Shown: positions 24,847 to 36,997 of the stretch, one piece after another
Numbering within the stretch: position 1 is the stretch's first letter
Layout: each line of letters opens with the position of its first letter
From: Cladosporium halotolerans
Taxonomy: Eukaryota
Length of the DNA: 64,000 bases
Assembly: GCF_011745625.1 (NCBI RefSeq)
Contig: NW_027191477.1
Span: 248,001-312,000 of the forward strand
Direction of reading: 5' to 3'
Made by a program: the position numbers and the translations under genes
Notes under the pieces: generated by a model
The model's database searches: none
What the model was told of the DNA's origin: nothing
The model's input: the letters and a program-made list of their open reading frames with translations, nothing else

Positions 24847-27800
24847 TCAAGCGTCGAAGATAGACGGGCTATGCGGCATGAACTCGTACGGGAATCTGTT
24901 GGCCGCGCGGAAGTTGATGATCGGCTGGTTCTTGACGTGGTCCAGAAGGGGCACGAACTCATCCGCCTTCTGAGGGTAGGTGTTGTTGGGATCGTGCACC
25001 GGAGCAATCAGAGCTGGCATCACCATACCACGCTTGCCGATCTTCCCGTCCGTCTGGGTACGCAGCATGGAGGCTTCTGACTTGGCTTCGAACGGCGAGT
25101 AAATGAAGTAGCGGCTGCGGAGCTCGAACGCCGAAGGCAGACGCGGCTCGGGCAAAGGTCCAGCGTGTCCAGTGTACGGCTGGAATGCCGGGATCGGGTC
25201 GTTAGGGAAGCCACCCAAGCTACGTGGCTGCGATTGGCCGTAGCCGGGAAGGCCCGGCACATTGTTGTACTGGTAGTTCGAGCCGTAATTGCCAGAACCC
25301 ATCTGGTTCTCCTCACGCCTCTGCGCGGGAGTACCACGGTCAAACTTCGAGTGGGCAGTGGCACGGTTCTTGGCGTAGGTTGTATCGCGGTGGCGGCGAG
25401 CGTAAAGACCGACGATCTGAGCGTTCTCTGTGGAACGGTTCTTCTTAGCCTGGTTGTCGACCCCAGGCCAAGAGCGCTGCTGACCAATCATGTCCGGAGT
25501 GGGGGCAGTGTCATTGGACCAGTAGAGCTGGGGGCGGCAGCCAGGAGCCTCGTCGAGAATTGAGGAGTTGCGGAACTTGGCGACCAAACACTCGTATCCT
25601 TGGACATTGGCGTACGACACCGCGCAAGGCTTCTGGTGCCTGCGTAGGATGTTACGCGGCAGCAGCCTGCCGAGCCAGCGCTGAACAAACTTCAACAGCG
25701 CGGTCGTGGTGATGAAATTGACGAAGGCGTAGCCGACGGCCTGGTTCAGGCGAAAGTCGATGCGATTGTAGGCGAAGTCGAACTCGCCAGGGACGATGTC
25801 CATGAGCATCTTGTACAGGGTGTCGATGGTGAACTCCGGAGGGACGTTGCGGATCATCAGGGTGGTACGACAATCGAGGCCATTCTCGATCCTCTCGTAC
25901 GACACGTCTTGCGGCCTGTAGCCGTCTGGAGCGGTCATGCCGTCGATGATCGCGGGCGGGAGTTGAGCCACGGGATCGAAGCCCTGGTAGAAGCTGCTCC
26001 CGTTGTGGTAGTAGACGAAGGGGTCACACACGACACGGCGATGGGCAGCAGGGTGCGGGTGCTGAGGCTGAGATGGCGCGCTCGCACGGTCCAGAATCTT
26101 ATAGCCTTGGACGGTAGAAGTCTTGCCGTTCAGGCCCTCGCGGACGGCAGTACGTCCAGTCGGGCTGTACTTGAGATTGTCCTGGCGACGGTGAGTCGAC
26201 GAGTTGCTGGGGGCCGGCGAGTCCATGGGGTCGGCGGCGTTGTTGCTGTCCGGAGTGACCGGGGTGACCGGGGTGGTAGCCCTGGTGGAGACGGAATCCG
26301 GATCCATGCTCACGATCTCGATGTCCAAATGCTGCGGTGAGTTAGCTTCGTGTCGACGATCAGGGATGGAGTGGAGTGTTGGACTCACCGGGTGACGGCC
26401 ATAGTTCAGCTCAAGACCGGAGTCAGTGTTCAGCTTGGCGTCGATGGCATCGTTGATGCTGTCGTATTCAATCATGATCTCGTAGCCTGGCTGGCTCGTG
26501 GGGCCCACGACGTCGAAGCTGACGACCTTCCCGAACTTAGCAGCGACGGTCCTGCTCATCTCGGCTACGGCGTTCTGGCCGAAGCGATTGCGCAAGCTCG
26601 CCTTCTTGATGACGGCCGTTAGCTTGACGACGGCACAGAAGGTCGTCACATGATCCGGGATGTCGGGCACCTCGGCGAGAAACTCGGCCGCTGACAAGTA
26701 GGCGGCGTCAAGCTCACGCTTGAGGAAGCGATGCATGTCCTTGGACATCTGAAGGGAGTCGCAGAAGATGTATGCGTCGTAAGTGCTGGTCGTGGGGTCC
26801 GGACACTTGATCTGGAGGTGTCCAAGCTTGGTCACGGATTCGTGGAAGCGAGGCTGGAGTTGGGGTTAGCTGAGATTCAAGTCTGTTTGGATGGTACGAC
26901 TTACCATGTTCTTGAGGCCCGCTAGAAACTGCTCAGAGTCGAAGTGCTCGGCACGAATGCGGCGGATCACCAAAAACCTCGTCGGCTTGGGTGGCGGGGG
27001 AGAAGCAGGCGTGGCAGCCTGCTTGCCCTTGCCGCTGTGAGCCTTGTGAGCCTTGGGGTCCGGGGTTGACACGATGACCGGGCGAGAGCTGCAGTTACGA
27101 GACCCCTTGGGCGCATTGGATGGGGGGGAGTTGCCGTTGGACTTGTCAGACTTGCCGCCATTGGGGGCGGCACCACCAGGGCTCTGTTCAGCCGTGGGTG
27201 GGGCATCGTAGGGAGAGTCCGGGTCATGGGCTGGGATGAAGACCGGGGCCGAGCCGGCAAGGCGAGTGAGTGACGGCGGCGAAGAGGCAGAGACGAAGGG
27301 ATCGTCAGGGTGAGCCAGGTTGCCAGACTCAGTCGCCGGACCATTCCAGTTCGGTGCGCCTTGGAAGCGGATACTGGAGAGTTGTCAGTGACTGCGGTGG
27401 GACAGAATGCAAGACGGTCTGGGGATACTTACCGGCCGGACGAGGCAGAGTCGCGCGACGGGAGGATGACTTCGCGGGGCACGCGACGAGGGTTCGGAAG
27501 GGGCTTGTGGGATGGAGACGCCGGGACGTTGGGCACCCTGCCGTTGGAGTTGGTGCTGCGGAGGTGTCAGTCAGTGGCGAACATCAAGGCAGGGAGGGGG
27601 GCAAGCGACATACCGGCCAGCGTTGACGTGGTGAGGGGCACGCAAGGCGGCATCGACGTCCAGCTGGATGCCGTGGGTGGAAAGCGGGGGAGTGGAGGGC
27701 GTGGCAGACTCGCCGCCCTGAGCGGGCGGGGCCTGAGGGGCGGAGGTCTCGCTGGGGGGAGTGGCCAGGGTCTGGTGGTCCTGGATGGCTGGAGCTGGCG

Positions 27801-27858
27801 GGGCAGGGCCGGCGGGCGGGGGCGCCTGGGCCGTCTTCTTGCCGTGGCCGGGGGCCAT
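24847..27858 (-). CDS. Mei2-like RNA-binding protein (RRM_2 / Mei2 RRM3); exons 27614-27858, 27433-27555, 26905-27373, 26389-26853, 24847-26331
   Basis: RTTLMIRNVP..FDFAYNRIDF..AVGYAFVNF..SYANVQGYECLVAKFRNSSI is the Mei2 C-terminal RRM signature; divergent upstream RRM-like segments (KFGKVVSF..IMIEYDSINDA); four GT-AG introns keep frame from MAPGHGKK. Confidence 0.85.
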
Positions 27859-29649
27859 GGCGGGTGCGGTGGGTGATGGTAGGAGGTCGCCTGGTGCGAT
27901 GTGGGGTGGGAGAAGGGCGATTGCGCCGCGTCCAACGGGCGACGACCAACGCGGAGGGGCAGGGGTGCTGCCGGACAGCCCAAGAGGAGGAGCAGCGCGC
28001 CAACGGCTGTGCTATGCAGATGTTGTTATGCTGGCCGATAGCAGTTTGAGGGATGTCGGTGGAGGGGAGAGGGAAAATTTGCGACGAGGACGGCGAAGAA
28101 ATAGAGGCAGCGGCGGTCATGTGCGCCTTCCTCGACCTGACCAAATTGACTCACGCCAAGGGACTGGCGGTCTGGTCGTTGCCATGCGTCTGATTGGCCT
28201 GGAGGCCCAGCGAGAGGCTCTTGCGCGGGGGCTGGACTCTATACCACACGCTTGCAAGACGGCGTCGCCGACCACCCCGACATGGACGTGTTGCAGTCGT
28301 CCAAATGCCACCAAAATCGTGCGAGTGATCCGTCGTACCCACCGCATGAACCTCCAACTCAGCCGGTGTCGCTACCACCATCGTGGCCGTCGCAATGCCA
28401 TGGCGAGCACCACGCGTCGAGCAGGGCGGAGGTGTCGGCGTCGTCGATGTCGACGGCCCCCGTCCACCCAACCGCAGCCCTGCAAGACTGAATTTCTTTA
28501 CACAGGCGCAATCCAGGGGGCAAGCCCCAATCCCGGGCTGCATTTAGATAGGCGCAACAACCGTGCGATCGCATTGCGTCGCTGCACGCGGTGCGACGGC
28601 AGCAAGTGGTCATCATCTCCAGCCCGAATCGTCACCCCGTCTTTTGATAGAGCACCGCCACAGCCAGCGGATTAGAGTTTGGCGCTAGCCCAGAGGTGAC
28701 TGCCAAGAGATTCTGCACGCTTGCAGGGCTGCTAGTGAGCACCCAGCCCGTCCCAGCAGACCCCCTTGTGCCTCAGGCATGGAGCATGGTGAGCGTCCAA
28801 ATGTGCAGCGTGCCTGAGGCCATCAACGAGCGGCAGAATCGGGGGGCCTGCGCGTGCACTGTCCAGCGTTGGCTGCTGTGGGCTTCGTGGCGCGCGTGCG
28901 AGTCGGCTTGAGGTGAGGTGGTCCCGGTCCATATGCTACTGCTTTGCTTTGATATATCCAGTCCATTATTGGAGTGTCTTGAAAGCGGTCGAAGTAATTC
29001 CCAAACCTGGCTGCCTCCCAGCAAGGCCTGAAGGTGCGTCCAACAATGCCACAGTGTCGACGCGAACTCCAGTATCTGATGCCGCTATAGCTCATTCAGT
29101 TGCCTTTATCATCCTTGGAAAGACTGTGGGCCTTGATCGATTCGAGAGACGTTCTGCGGTTGCAAGAAGAAGATTCCGAGCATTGCCTTCTGCACGCGCC
29201 GGTGCGATAGACCAGCCTTTCTGCAGCATTTCCGCGTGGCCACAGCGGAACGATCGATCACCAGTGTCTTGCAGGCCTCCCTCAGTGTCAAGGTTTATAG
29301 GGTCTCCAGGAGCCACAGTATCTTTTCTGGTCTGAATCGCGACCAAGCAGTCCTTGAGGCTCTCACCAAGCAGCCCTGGCTTCCAGAGACTCCGAGCGAC
29401 TCATCGTCTAGGCTGTTGTTGTCAGAGCAGAGCTGGAGATCCTGCGAGGCATCAGTGCTACAGGACTCTCATTGTTCTGCACTGTTAGTTTGTTGTAGTG
29501 GAAGTGTCAGGCAAACGAGGGCAATCAGAAGTCAGGGGCAGGGGCATTCTCTGACGTGGCATTGGGCAACAAGGGCGGATCGCACGTGAAAGCCTTCCAC
29601 CTCTCACAAGGCATTCTTCACTCCACAAGCCTCACTTCAAAACGCAGTC

Positions 29650-32404
29650 ATGCCTGGCTTGATCGAGCCTTACGATGATCTCACCGGGGCGGTGCAGCAG
29701 GTAAGAACACTCGGTCTCATTGTCCCTTCCTTCGAGCAGGATCATCTTTTCACGGACTTCGTTTCTCTCACTTTGCACGGCACGTTTCATATCCAATGGA
29801 CCGAGAGGGAGTTCACGCCAGGAGCCAGGATGAAGCTGAAAAAGTTGGTGGGAAAGGCATATATTGTCTGCTACTGCTGCTGCTACTGCTTTGTTGCCAC
29901 TGCTTTGCTTTATTGCTGCTCTGCTGTTCTGCTTCTTCCTGCGATGTCATTGTCAATACCATGAAAACACCAGACTAACACACTCAATCCAGATCATCCT
30001 CTCCTCGTCAGACTCCGACTACCTCGACCAGCTGATCCCGCTGCTCAAGACCGCGCAGACGCAGACGCAAGTGCAGCCGCTGATCCAGGCGCTGAACCAA
30101 GTCTCCGGCGAGCGCGAGGGCGAAATCGAGCGCATCTGCAACACCAATCACCAAGAGTTCATCACGAGCGTCAACCAGCTGCAGAACGTGCGCGAGGGCA
30201 CCGTCGGGCTCACCGGGGAGATCATGGCGCTGAGCCAGTCGATCGAGGCGACGACGGAGAAGCTGGCGGAGCAGAAGAAGGCGCTGGTCGAGAGCCGCGG
30301 CGTGCGGCAGAACATCGACGACGCGACGCAGGCGCTGAAGGACTGCCTCGAAGTGCTGCGCCTGGCGAACCAGGTGCACGACCTGCTGGGCAAGAAGTCG
30401 CATTACGCGGCGCTGCGGGCGCTGGACGAGCTGCAGAATGTGCACCTGCGGGAAGTCACGCGCTACAAGATCGCGGAGATGATCGAGCGCTCCGTGCCTG
30501 CCACGCAGCGCCTTATCGCCGAGGCGGTTAAGGCCGACCTCAACACTTGGCTGTATCGCATCAGGGAGACGTCGCAGTTTCTGGGAGAAGTCGCGTTTTA
30601 CCACACGGAGATGCGCAGGACGAGGTCGAAGGAGCGCTGGGGTGAGGAGGATTCTTACCTTGGAAGCTTCAAGCTTAACTCCGCTGTGGAGCTCGTCGCC
30701 GACGAAGAAGAGGAGTTCGACGTGCTGAACAACGAGGAGGTGCAGGTGGACTTCAGCCCTCTGTTTGAATGTTTGCACATCCACGAGGCGCTCGGGCAGA
30801 CAGATAAGTTCCGCACTGAGTATGCAGCCACTCGCCGTCAACAGAAGGACCTCCTTCTGCCGACCACGCTTCGGCTCGACGACGAAGAGAACGCCGGCCT
30901 CAGCTCGCTGCTCGAAGGCATCACTGGCTTCGCGATCGTCGAGCGTGCGACCATGATGAAGACTCCCGACAACTTCCGCTCGCAATCCGACGTGGACGAG
31001 CTATGGGACAACATGTGCCAGTCCGCAATCAAGCTCATCAGCTCCGCGCTCCCCACAGTCGAGAACGACGAGAAGCTCCTCAAGATCAAAGGCGTCATCG
31101 CCCTCTTCATCCAAACAATGGACAGCTGGGGCTACTCCGTTTCCGCGCTCGACAGCCTCCTCCTAACCCTCTTCGACAAATACAGCTCCCTCCTCAAAAA
31201 GCGCTTCAGCGACGACTTCCAAGAAATCGTCTCCACCGACGACTACATGCCCATGCCCGTCAACAACCCCGACGAGTTCACCCGCGTCATGTCCGTCTCC
31301 TGGTACAATCCCCCCGAAGGCCAAGACGACCCGGAAACCCTCACGTACCCGTGCATCCTGCCCTTCTCCCAAATGTACCCACTGGTCTGCATCGACATCC
31401 GCAACTTCATCAACCAAATCTACCTCTTCAGCGACGACCACTTCAGCGCAGCGCACAACATCGACGCAGCCCTCCACACCGCCCTCGACGACCTCCTCGT
31501 CCACCGCGTCGCCCGCTCCCTCGTCGACCGCCTCTCCTCTCAATACCCCGGCCAGATCGTCCAAATCCTCACCAACCTCGACCACTTCGAGCACGCCTGC
31601 GCCGAGCTCGAAACCCTCCTCGTCTCCGCCCGCAGCTCCTCCTCCGCCGCCGGCCCCATCACCCTCTCGTCGACCTCCGAATTCGCCTCCGCGAAGCAGA
31701 AGGCCGAAACCCGCATCTTCGCCCTCGTCAACAGCAAAATCGACGACCTCATCGACACCGCCGAGTACGACTGGCTGTCGCCCGCCGTCCCCGCCACCGC
31801 ATCCCCCTACATGCAAGAGCTCACGCGCTACCTCAGCAACATCATGTCGAGCGTGCTCATCGGCCTGCCGCCCAAGATCAAAGCGCAGATCTACCACGAG
31901 TCGCTCGCGCACATCTCCGCCGCGCTGCTGGCGCTGCCGCTCGACGCCGCGATCCGGCAGATCTCCGCGCAGGCGGCGACGGCGTACGGGCTGGACGTCG
32001 CGCACCTGGCGGGCTTCGTCGAGGGCCTGCAGGACGGCGCCGCGCTGCTGGGCGTGCTGGACGAGCTGCGGCAGACGGCGGAGCTGATGGCGCTGGCCGC
32101 CGAGGGCCAGGGGGAGGTGTTTTTCGACTCGAGCGTGAGCGGGCTGCGGTTCGGCCGGGTGGATAAGATCCGGGGCGCGGAGCTGCTGGAGAAGGTTTCT
32201 GTTGCGGCTGCGCCGGGAGGGGCGGCGGAGGAGGCGGTGGGCAGGCCGAGCACGTCGGCGCTGGGGAGGTTGAGCACGCAGGTTGCGGGGTTGGGGGTTG
32301 GTGGGGGGTCGGGGTCGGGGAGCCCGGTTGTTGAAGGGAGGAGGGGGTTTGCGGATGATTTGAGGGGGAGGTTTGGGAAGTTTGCGGGGAGGGATAGGAG
32401 TTGA
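29650..32404 (+). CDS. SEC15: Exocyst complex subunit Sec15; exons 29650-29700, 29993-32404
   Basis: IILSSSDSDYLDQLIP, EIERICNTNHQEFI, LPFSQMYP, QIVQILTNL, LVNSKIDDLIDTAEYDW; 292-nt intron GTAAGA..ACTAAC..CAG. Confidence 0.93.
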
Positions 32405-32667
32405 ATGTGTTTGAGGGCAGGAGAGGTGACAGAGATGATGGCTAGACAGACAGTAAGGATAAGCGCGCTTTCACGAGCGCTTTACAGACAGGAGATGTAT
32501 TTTCCCTCACAAAACAAGATCTCAACGAGCAGCCAGCCAGCCAGCCAGCTCCCTCTTCCAAAACGCCTTGCTTCCCAGAAGCTTCCCGCACCGCAACCGA
32601 GCGGCCGCGACCAAACACCTCCCCGTCCCACCCGAACAAAAGAAAACCCAAGAGCAAAGAGCATTTC

Positions 32668-33186
32668 TCAAGAAAACATAACCGCCTTCCTATCCATCGG
32701 CCTCCCATCCGCCCCAACCCCCTGCCTGCCAAAAACGCCCTCGACGTAAATCCTCCTCGCCTCATCAAACCCGACCCCCCGCCTCTTCATAATCACATAG
32801 ACGTCCCTCTTCGCGTTCTCGTCCAACCCCGCTCTCGAATCGCTGGCCTCGATATTCTCCGCCAGGTCGAAATTGCTGCTGTGCAAGCCGGCTTCGGCGT
32901 CGCCTTGCCAGGACGTCGGCAGGCGGGAGTAGCGGATGCGCGCGTAGGAGTCCGACAGCGAGTCGTGCAGGTTGTAGAGCCAGGCTGGGATGGGGCCCGG
33001 GGCGGTGAGGTAGGGGATTGGTGGGGCGTGGGGTTTCCAGAGGGCGCGGGTTAGGTAGAGGACTGGGAGGGGGAGGTGTCAGTTGGGAGGTTTAAAGACG
33101 GGTTGGGGGCTTGGAGAGAGGAGTGCAGACGGACCTGTTGCGACGATGAGGAAGAGAAAGGTTAGGGAGTAGAAGATGTATGCCAT
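32668..33186 (-). CDS. DUF2015 / UPF0357 (YCL012C-like) small membrane-anchored protein; exons 33135-33186, 32668-33062
   Basis: MAYIFYSLTFLFLIVATVLYLTR N-anchor; YSRLPTSWQGDAEAGLHSSNFDL..DSRAGLD..FDEARR..GADGRPMDRKAVMFS. Confidence 0.85.
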
Positions 33187-33722
33187 GGTGGGCGAGAGAA
33201 GAGGTGTGCTCCGCTAGGGAGGGTGTCGAAGGGAAGGCTGGTCTGGATATGGGTGCCTTGATGGCTGAGCTTGCGAAGGGGAAGGTGGTGAAGGAGCGTG
33301 GTGTATCGTAGCAACGATTAGGCCGGTGATAGTAGACTCTTCGACCTCCTCGAAGCCACAGTGTACTGCAGCATAAGCCTCAGGTGCAACTCCCAAGGCA
33401 GGTGTGACAATCTCGCCAGAGACACCAAGACACCAGGCGCGCGTTCATCCACCTTCACGAAGCCCGAGCGCGACGTCAAGCTTCCCTGCCGATCCGGCCG
33501 CGGCGAGCGAGCGAGCGCCCCATCCCGCAGAAGCCGACGCCGAAGCCAGTAGTAACGCCTCAGGCACCCCAACCGCCCTGCTGGCTTGGACGAGCCGGCT
33601 CACACCAAAGTCTTGGCGGGGCAGCGGGCGAAATTCGCAAGACGTCCAACATTGGATTGGAGAGACTCGACGACGACGACGGACTTTCGACCAGACGATT
33701 ATCGCCCGCACAATCCTTCACA

Positions 33723-34457
33723 ATGGCCGCCCAGTACGAGAACCTGAGCTCTGACCTCATCTGGCAAATTAGCCGTACGTTTTCCCTCGCGAGATGAAAC
33801 ACCCCGGAGGAGGATTCGATGTTGGAGGATGCATTGGTCAAGAGATGGGATGTTGGTTGAGAGGATCATGCTTTGGCGATTAAATGCACGGCGGGAATGA
33901 TTTTCTCTCCGAAAGGATGGCTGGTCTTCTTGAAGGAATCATGGCTAATTTGATCTTTCCTTCAATACAGGCAAGAACAACTCCTACCTCTGCAAGCGCA
34001 AGCAGTCCGGTGGTGTCCAGTTCTCCCGCGACCCGCTCAACCTGACCAACAAGCACTCCCGCAAGTACGCTGGTTTCGCCAACGCCCAGGTACGCCCCAC
34101 CGCCTCCCCAAACCTCCAACAACTTCCTTCGACGCCCATCTAACAAAACCCCCTCCCCAGGCCATCGGCATCAACGCCGACTCCCCCAACACCATCGGCC
34201 TGACCACCAAGCTGCCCGCGCGCGCCAACAAGCCCGCCAAGTCCCAGCAGACCGCCTCGTTCGCCGCCTCGACCCCGTCGCGCAAGCTCTACAAGAGCGT
34301 CGTCAACACGACCGCCAAGCGCGGCTACCGCGCCGACCTGCGCGCCGCCGCCGTCGCGCGCGCCTCGGCCGTCAAGCTGGCCCAGCAGCAGAAGAAGGAG
34401 CGCGCGGCGCCCAAGCCCCGCGGCGCTGCTGCCCGCAAGGCCGCTGAGAGCTCGTAG
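33723..34457 (+). CDS. RPL28: 60S ribosomal protein eL28 (L28e); exons 33723-33774, 33971-34089, 34161-34457
   Basis: SSDLIWQISRKNNSYL, FSRDPLNLTNKHSRKYAGF, GYRADLRAAAVARASA; strong codon bias; missed by the ORF track because of introns (symbol follows the eL28/mammalian naming). Confidence 0.93.
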
Positions 34458-35017
34458 AGTGTTTGACGTTGGAGAGGAGGGTTCTGGGTTTGGCGCATGA
34501 TTTGGGCCGGCTTTGCATGATGGAAGGATGATGTAGTATGCTGGAATTACAAAAAGAAAGAAAAGCTGCTGCACGCCAACAACAACAGTCGTGGTTTCAC
34601 GTTTCATTTTTCATGGAGGAGCTGTGATGTGAGTGTGCGTCGGGAGTTTGAGAAGGGAAATTGTTTTCATTGGGGTATCGTGAAGCTATGTACGCCAAAG
34701 ACGCCTGGTCTCGATCGTGAGAGGATGACCTGAGCTGACCAATATGCCCGACTCCCTGACGCCACGCTATGCAAGAGGAACCCGAAGTCAAAAGGAAAAG
34801 TGTCGTGAGGAATCGTGAAAGTGTTGGTGGAAGAGCCGATCAGTGTCGCTCGCGTCAGGGCGTGGGGGTTGGTTTCAGTCAAGTTTGAGGACCTGAAGCC
34901 CAGCGTGCGGCTGTCAGATCTACTGAGGTTGGTCCCTGTTATGCACTTTAGAAGCTTCCTGGAAGGAGCTGCTTTGTCGCGGCTATAGTGCTGAACGGTC
35001 TTCGCGCCAATTGGGTG

Positions 35018-35132
35018 TGCATGAAGGCACTAGCGTCAGGAAAGTGTTGCGACGCTCTGATTGTTGTTTACACCGCTCAGGTTTGCATGAAGGCACTGGC
35101 GTCGTGAAAACGTTAGAACGCACTGAGTGTTT
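35018..35132. repeat. Imperfect direct repeat, two ~49-bp copies 66 bp apart, in the SF3B4 3' region
   Basis: tgcatgaaggcactagcgtcaggaaagtgtt..acgctctgattgtt vs tgcatgaaggcactggcgtcgtgaaaacgtt..acgcactgagtgtt. Confidence 0.75.
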
Positions 35133-35168
35133 GATCCTGGGCCTGCAGATGCAGTTTCGCCTGTTCGC

Positions 35169-36401
35169 TCAGCGAGGGTGCTGCGGCGGCTGTGGCGGGA
35201 AGCCAGGCGGGAAGCCGGGTGGCGGGCCAGGCATACCAGAAGGCGGACCTCCAGGCGGAGGCATGCCAGGCATACCGCCCTGGTAGCCCATCATGGGTGG
35301 CTGGGGAGGACCTCCGTAGCCGGCGGCGCTGGGTGGCGGACGCGGGGGTAGTCCAGCCGCAGGTGGGGCGTGAAGCGGCGACTGGTTGAACTGACGATGC
35401 GGCATGTTCGGCGGCATGTTTGGCGGCATATTTGGCGGCATGCTGGGCGGCATGCCAGTGTGACCCATTGGCGGTGGGCCATACCCACCCATAGCCTGAG
35501 GACTAGGGCCAGGACGAGGGCCAGCAGGCGGGAAACCGTAGGGAGCCACAGGCGGCGGCTGGAAGCCTCCAGGAGGGAAGCCGCCGTAGGGAGTCGGCGG
35601 GGCACTCGGAGGGCCGCGGGGTGCACCCATGGCCGCGGGCGCGGTTGGCGCGTTGTTCGGCATGACAAGACTGGCAGGCATGGCCGGGATGGCGATCTCG
35701 ACGTTGTTCTTCTTCGCCTGCGCAGCGAGGGCGCGCTCCGCAGCGTCGCCGTGACGCTCGCCCTTGCCGTCCTTCTTGAAAGCGTACTGAACCGTGATCT
35801 CCTTGTTCATGAGGAACTGGCCGTGCATGTGCTCGATCGCATCGTCAGAGGCTTCGAAAGAGGCGTATGAGATGAACCCATAGCCCTTGCTGATGTTCGA
35901 GTCGTCGCGCGCGACCTTGGGCGGAGCGACCAACGCGCCGAAGCGCGAGAAGGTCTCGAAGAGCATCTTCTCCTCCACCATGGAGTCCAGGTTTCCAACG
36001 AACAGCTCAGCTCCAACTCCTGCGCCACCGCCCAGTCCAGATCCTTCAGTTCCTCCTCCACGCTTGTCTGCGCTCGCCTTGTTGACGCGAATCGGCTTGC
36101 CCCAGAGGCGAATTTGATTCATGATCTTGACGGCGTAGTCGGCATCTTCCTCGGACGCAAACTCCACGAAGCCATAGCCCTGGTGAGTTTGGGTGACGCG
36201 GTCTTTCGGAAGGTGAACGTTGACGACGGGTCCGGCCTGGATCATCAATTCCCAGATGATCGCGTCGGTTGTCTGCTCGGCGAGATTGCCGACGTAGACA
36301 GTGCTGTCCTTGTCCTGTTCCCTGCGGGAGGTCAGCGAATAACCTTTGGTCTTCATTTTGGAGTTGGATTCGTCACGGTACCAATGCTTTGCGCCTGACA
36401 T
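35169..36401 (-). CDS. HSH49: U2 snRNP SF3b subunit 4 (SAP49/Hsh49); exons 36382-36401, 35169-36321
   Basis: Two RRMs ([68 protein letters not shown]) plus Pro-rich tail. Confidence 0.95.
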   Translation of the reverse strand: MSGAKHWYRDESNSKMKTKGYSLTSRREQDKDSTVYVGNLAEQTTDAIIWELMIQAGPVVNVHLPKDRVTQTHQGYGFVEFASEEDADYAVKIMNQIRLWGKPIRVNKASADKRGGGTEGSGLGGGAGVGAELFVGNLDSMVEEKMLFETFSRFGALVAPPKVARDDSNISKGYGFISYASFEASDDAIEHMHGQFLMNKEITVQYAFKKDGKGERHGDAAERALAAQAKKNNVEIAIPAMPASLVMPNNAPTAPAAMGAPRGPPSAPPTPYGGFPPGGFQPPPVAPYGFPPAGPRPGPSPQAMGGYGPPPMGHTGMPPSMPPNMPPNMPPNMPHRQFNQSPLHAPPAAGLPPRPPPSAAGYGGPPQPPMMGYQGGMPGMPPPGGPPSGMPGPPPGFPPGFPPQPPQHPR

Positions 36402-36674
36402 CGTTGCGATCAGACTTGTATGCTGGGTGTGAGGATTGGAAAATTTGTTGTTGCGAACACGGCGAGGGAAAGCTAAGAAGCCGCGCTGCGTTTCAAAGTT
36501 AGGAAGTCGCGATGCGCTTCACATGCAGAGCTTCCCGATTCGGCTCGGCAGACCTCCCGAGCCCAAAAGTTCAAGCCTTGAGGCTCGACGGCCATCGCAT
36601 CCCCAAAGTGACAGCCTCATCACCACCTACATCGCCTTCCCCCCATCCACCAAATTCACCACACATCTCTCAAA
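36402..36674. promoter_or_regulatory. Short bidirectional promoter region shared by HSH49 and TOM7
   Basis: Divergent start codons only 273 bp apart. Confidence 0.6.
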
Positions 36675-36997
36675 ATGGCCTGGCTGCAATTTTCTGAGGA
36701 GACCAAGGTACGATCCCAGCCTCCGCCTACGGCCGAAGTCGAGCGGACTCCGCGCAGGCGCATACTTCAAGAAACGTCGTACTGATTATGACATCGCAAA
36801 CAGGAGCGCATCGCCCGCGTCATTGGTTTCGCCCAAGTCGGTGTCCACTACGGCTACCTTCCCCTCATCATCTACCTTGGCTACACCCGCAGCAACCCCA
36901 GGCCCAGCCTCATCAGGTACGCCTCCTCCGCCGGAACTTAGATGAGGAATATATCATTGACACCTGCGGCAGACTCTTCTCTCCTCTTGCGCAGTAG
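36675..36997 (+). CDS. TOM7: Mitochondrial import receptor subunit Tom7; exons 36675-36707, 36804-36916, 36973-36997
   Basis: Spliced: [56 protein letters not shown]. Confidence 0.95.

Noticed and set aside
27761..29600. ORFs of 100-300 aa between the Mei2-like gene and SEC15
   Set aside because: Non-ATG or compositionally random, no motifs; treated as divergent promoter/UTR DNA
29864..29992. Hydrophobic 'signal-like' N-terminus on the 846-aa SEC15 ORF
   Set aside because: It is translated intron sequence; the true first exon is 29650-29700
33775..33970. snoRNA in the RPL28 first intron
   Set aside because: No convincing RUGAUGA/CUGA box pair or H/ACA layout; only a short stem seen
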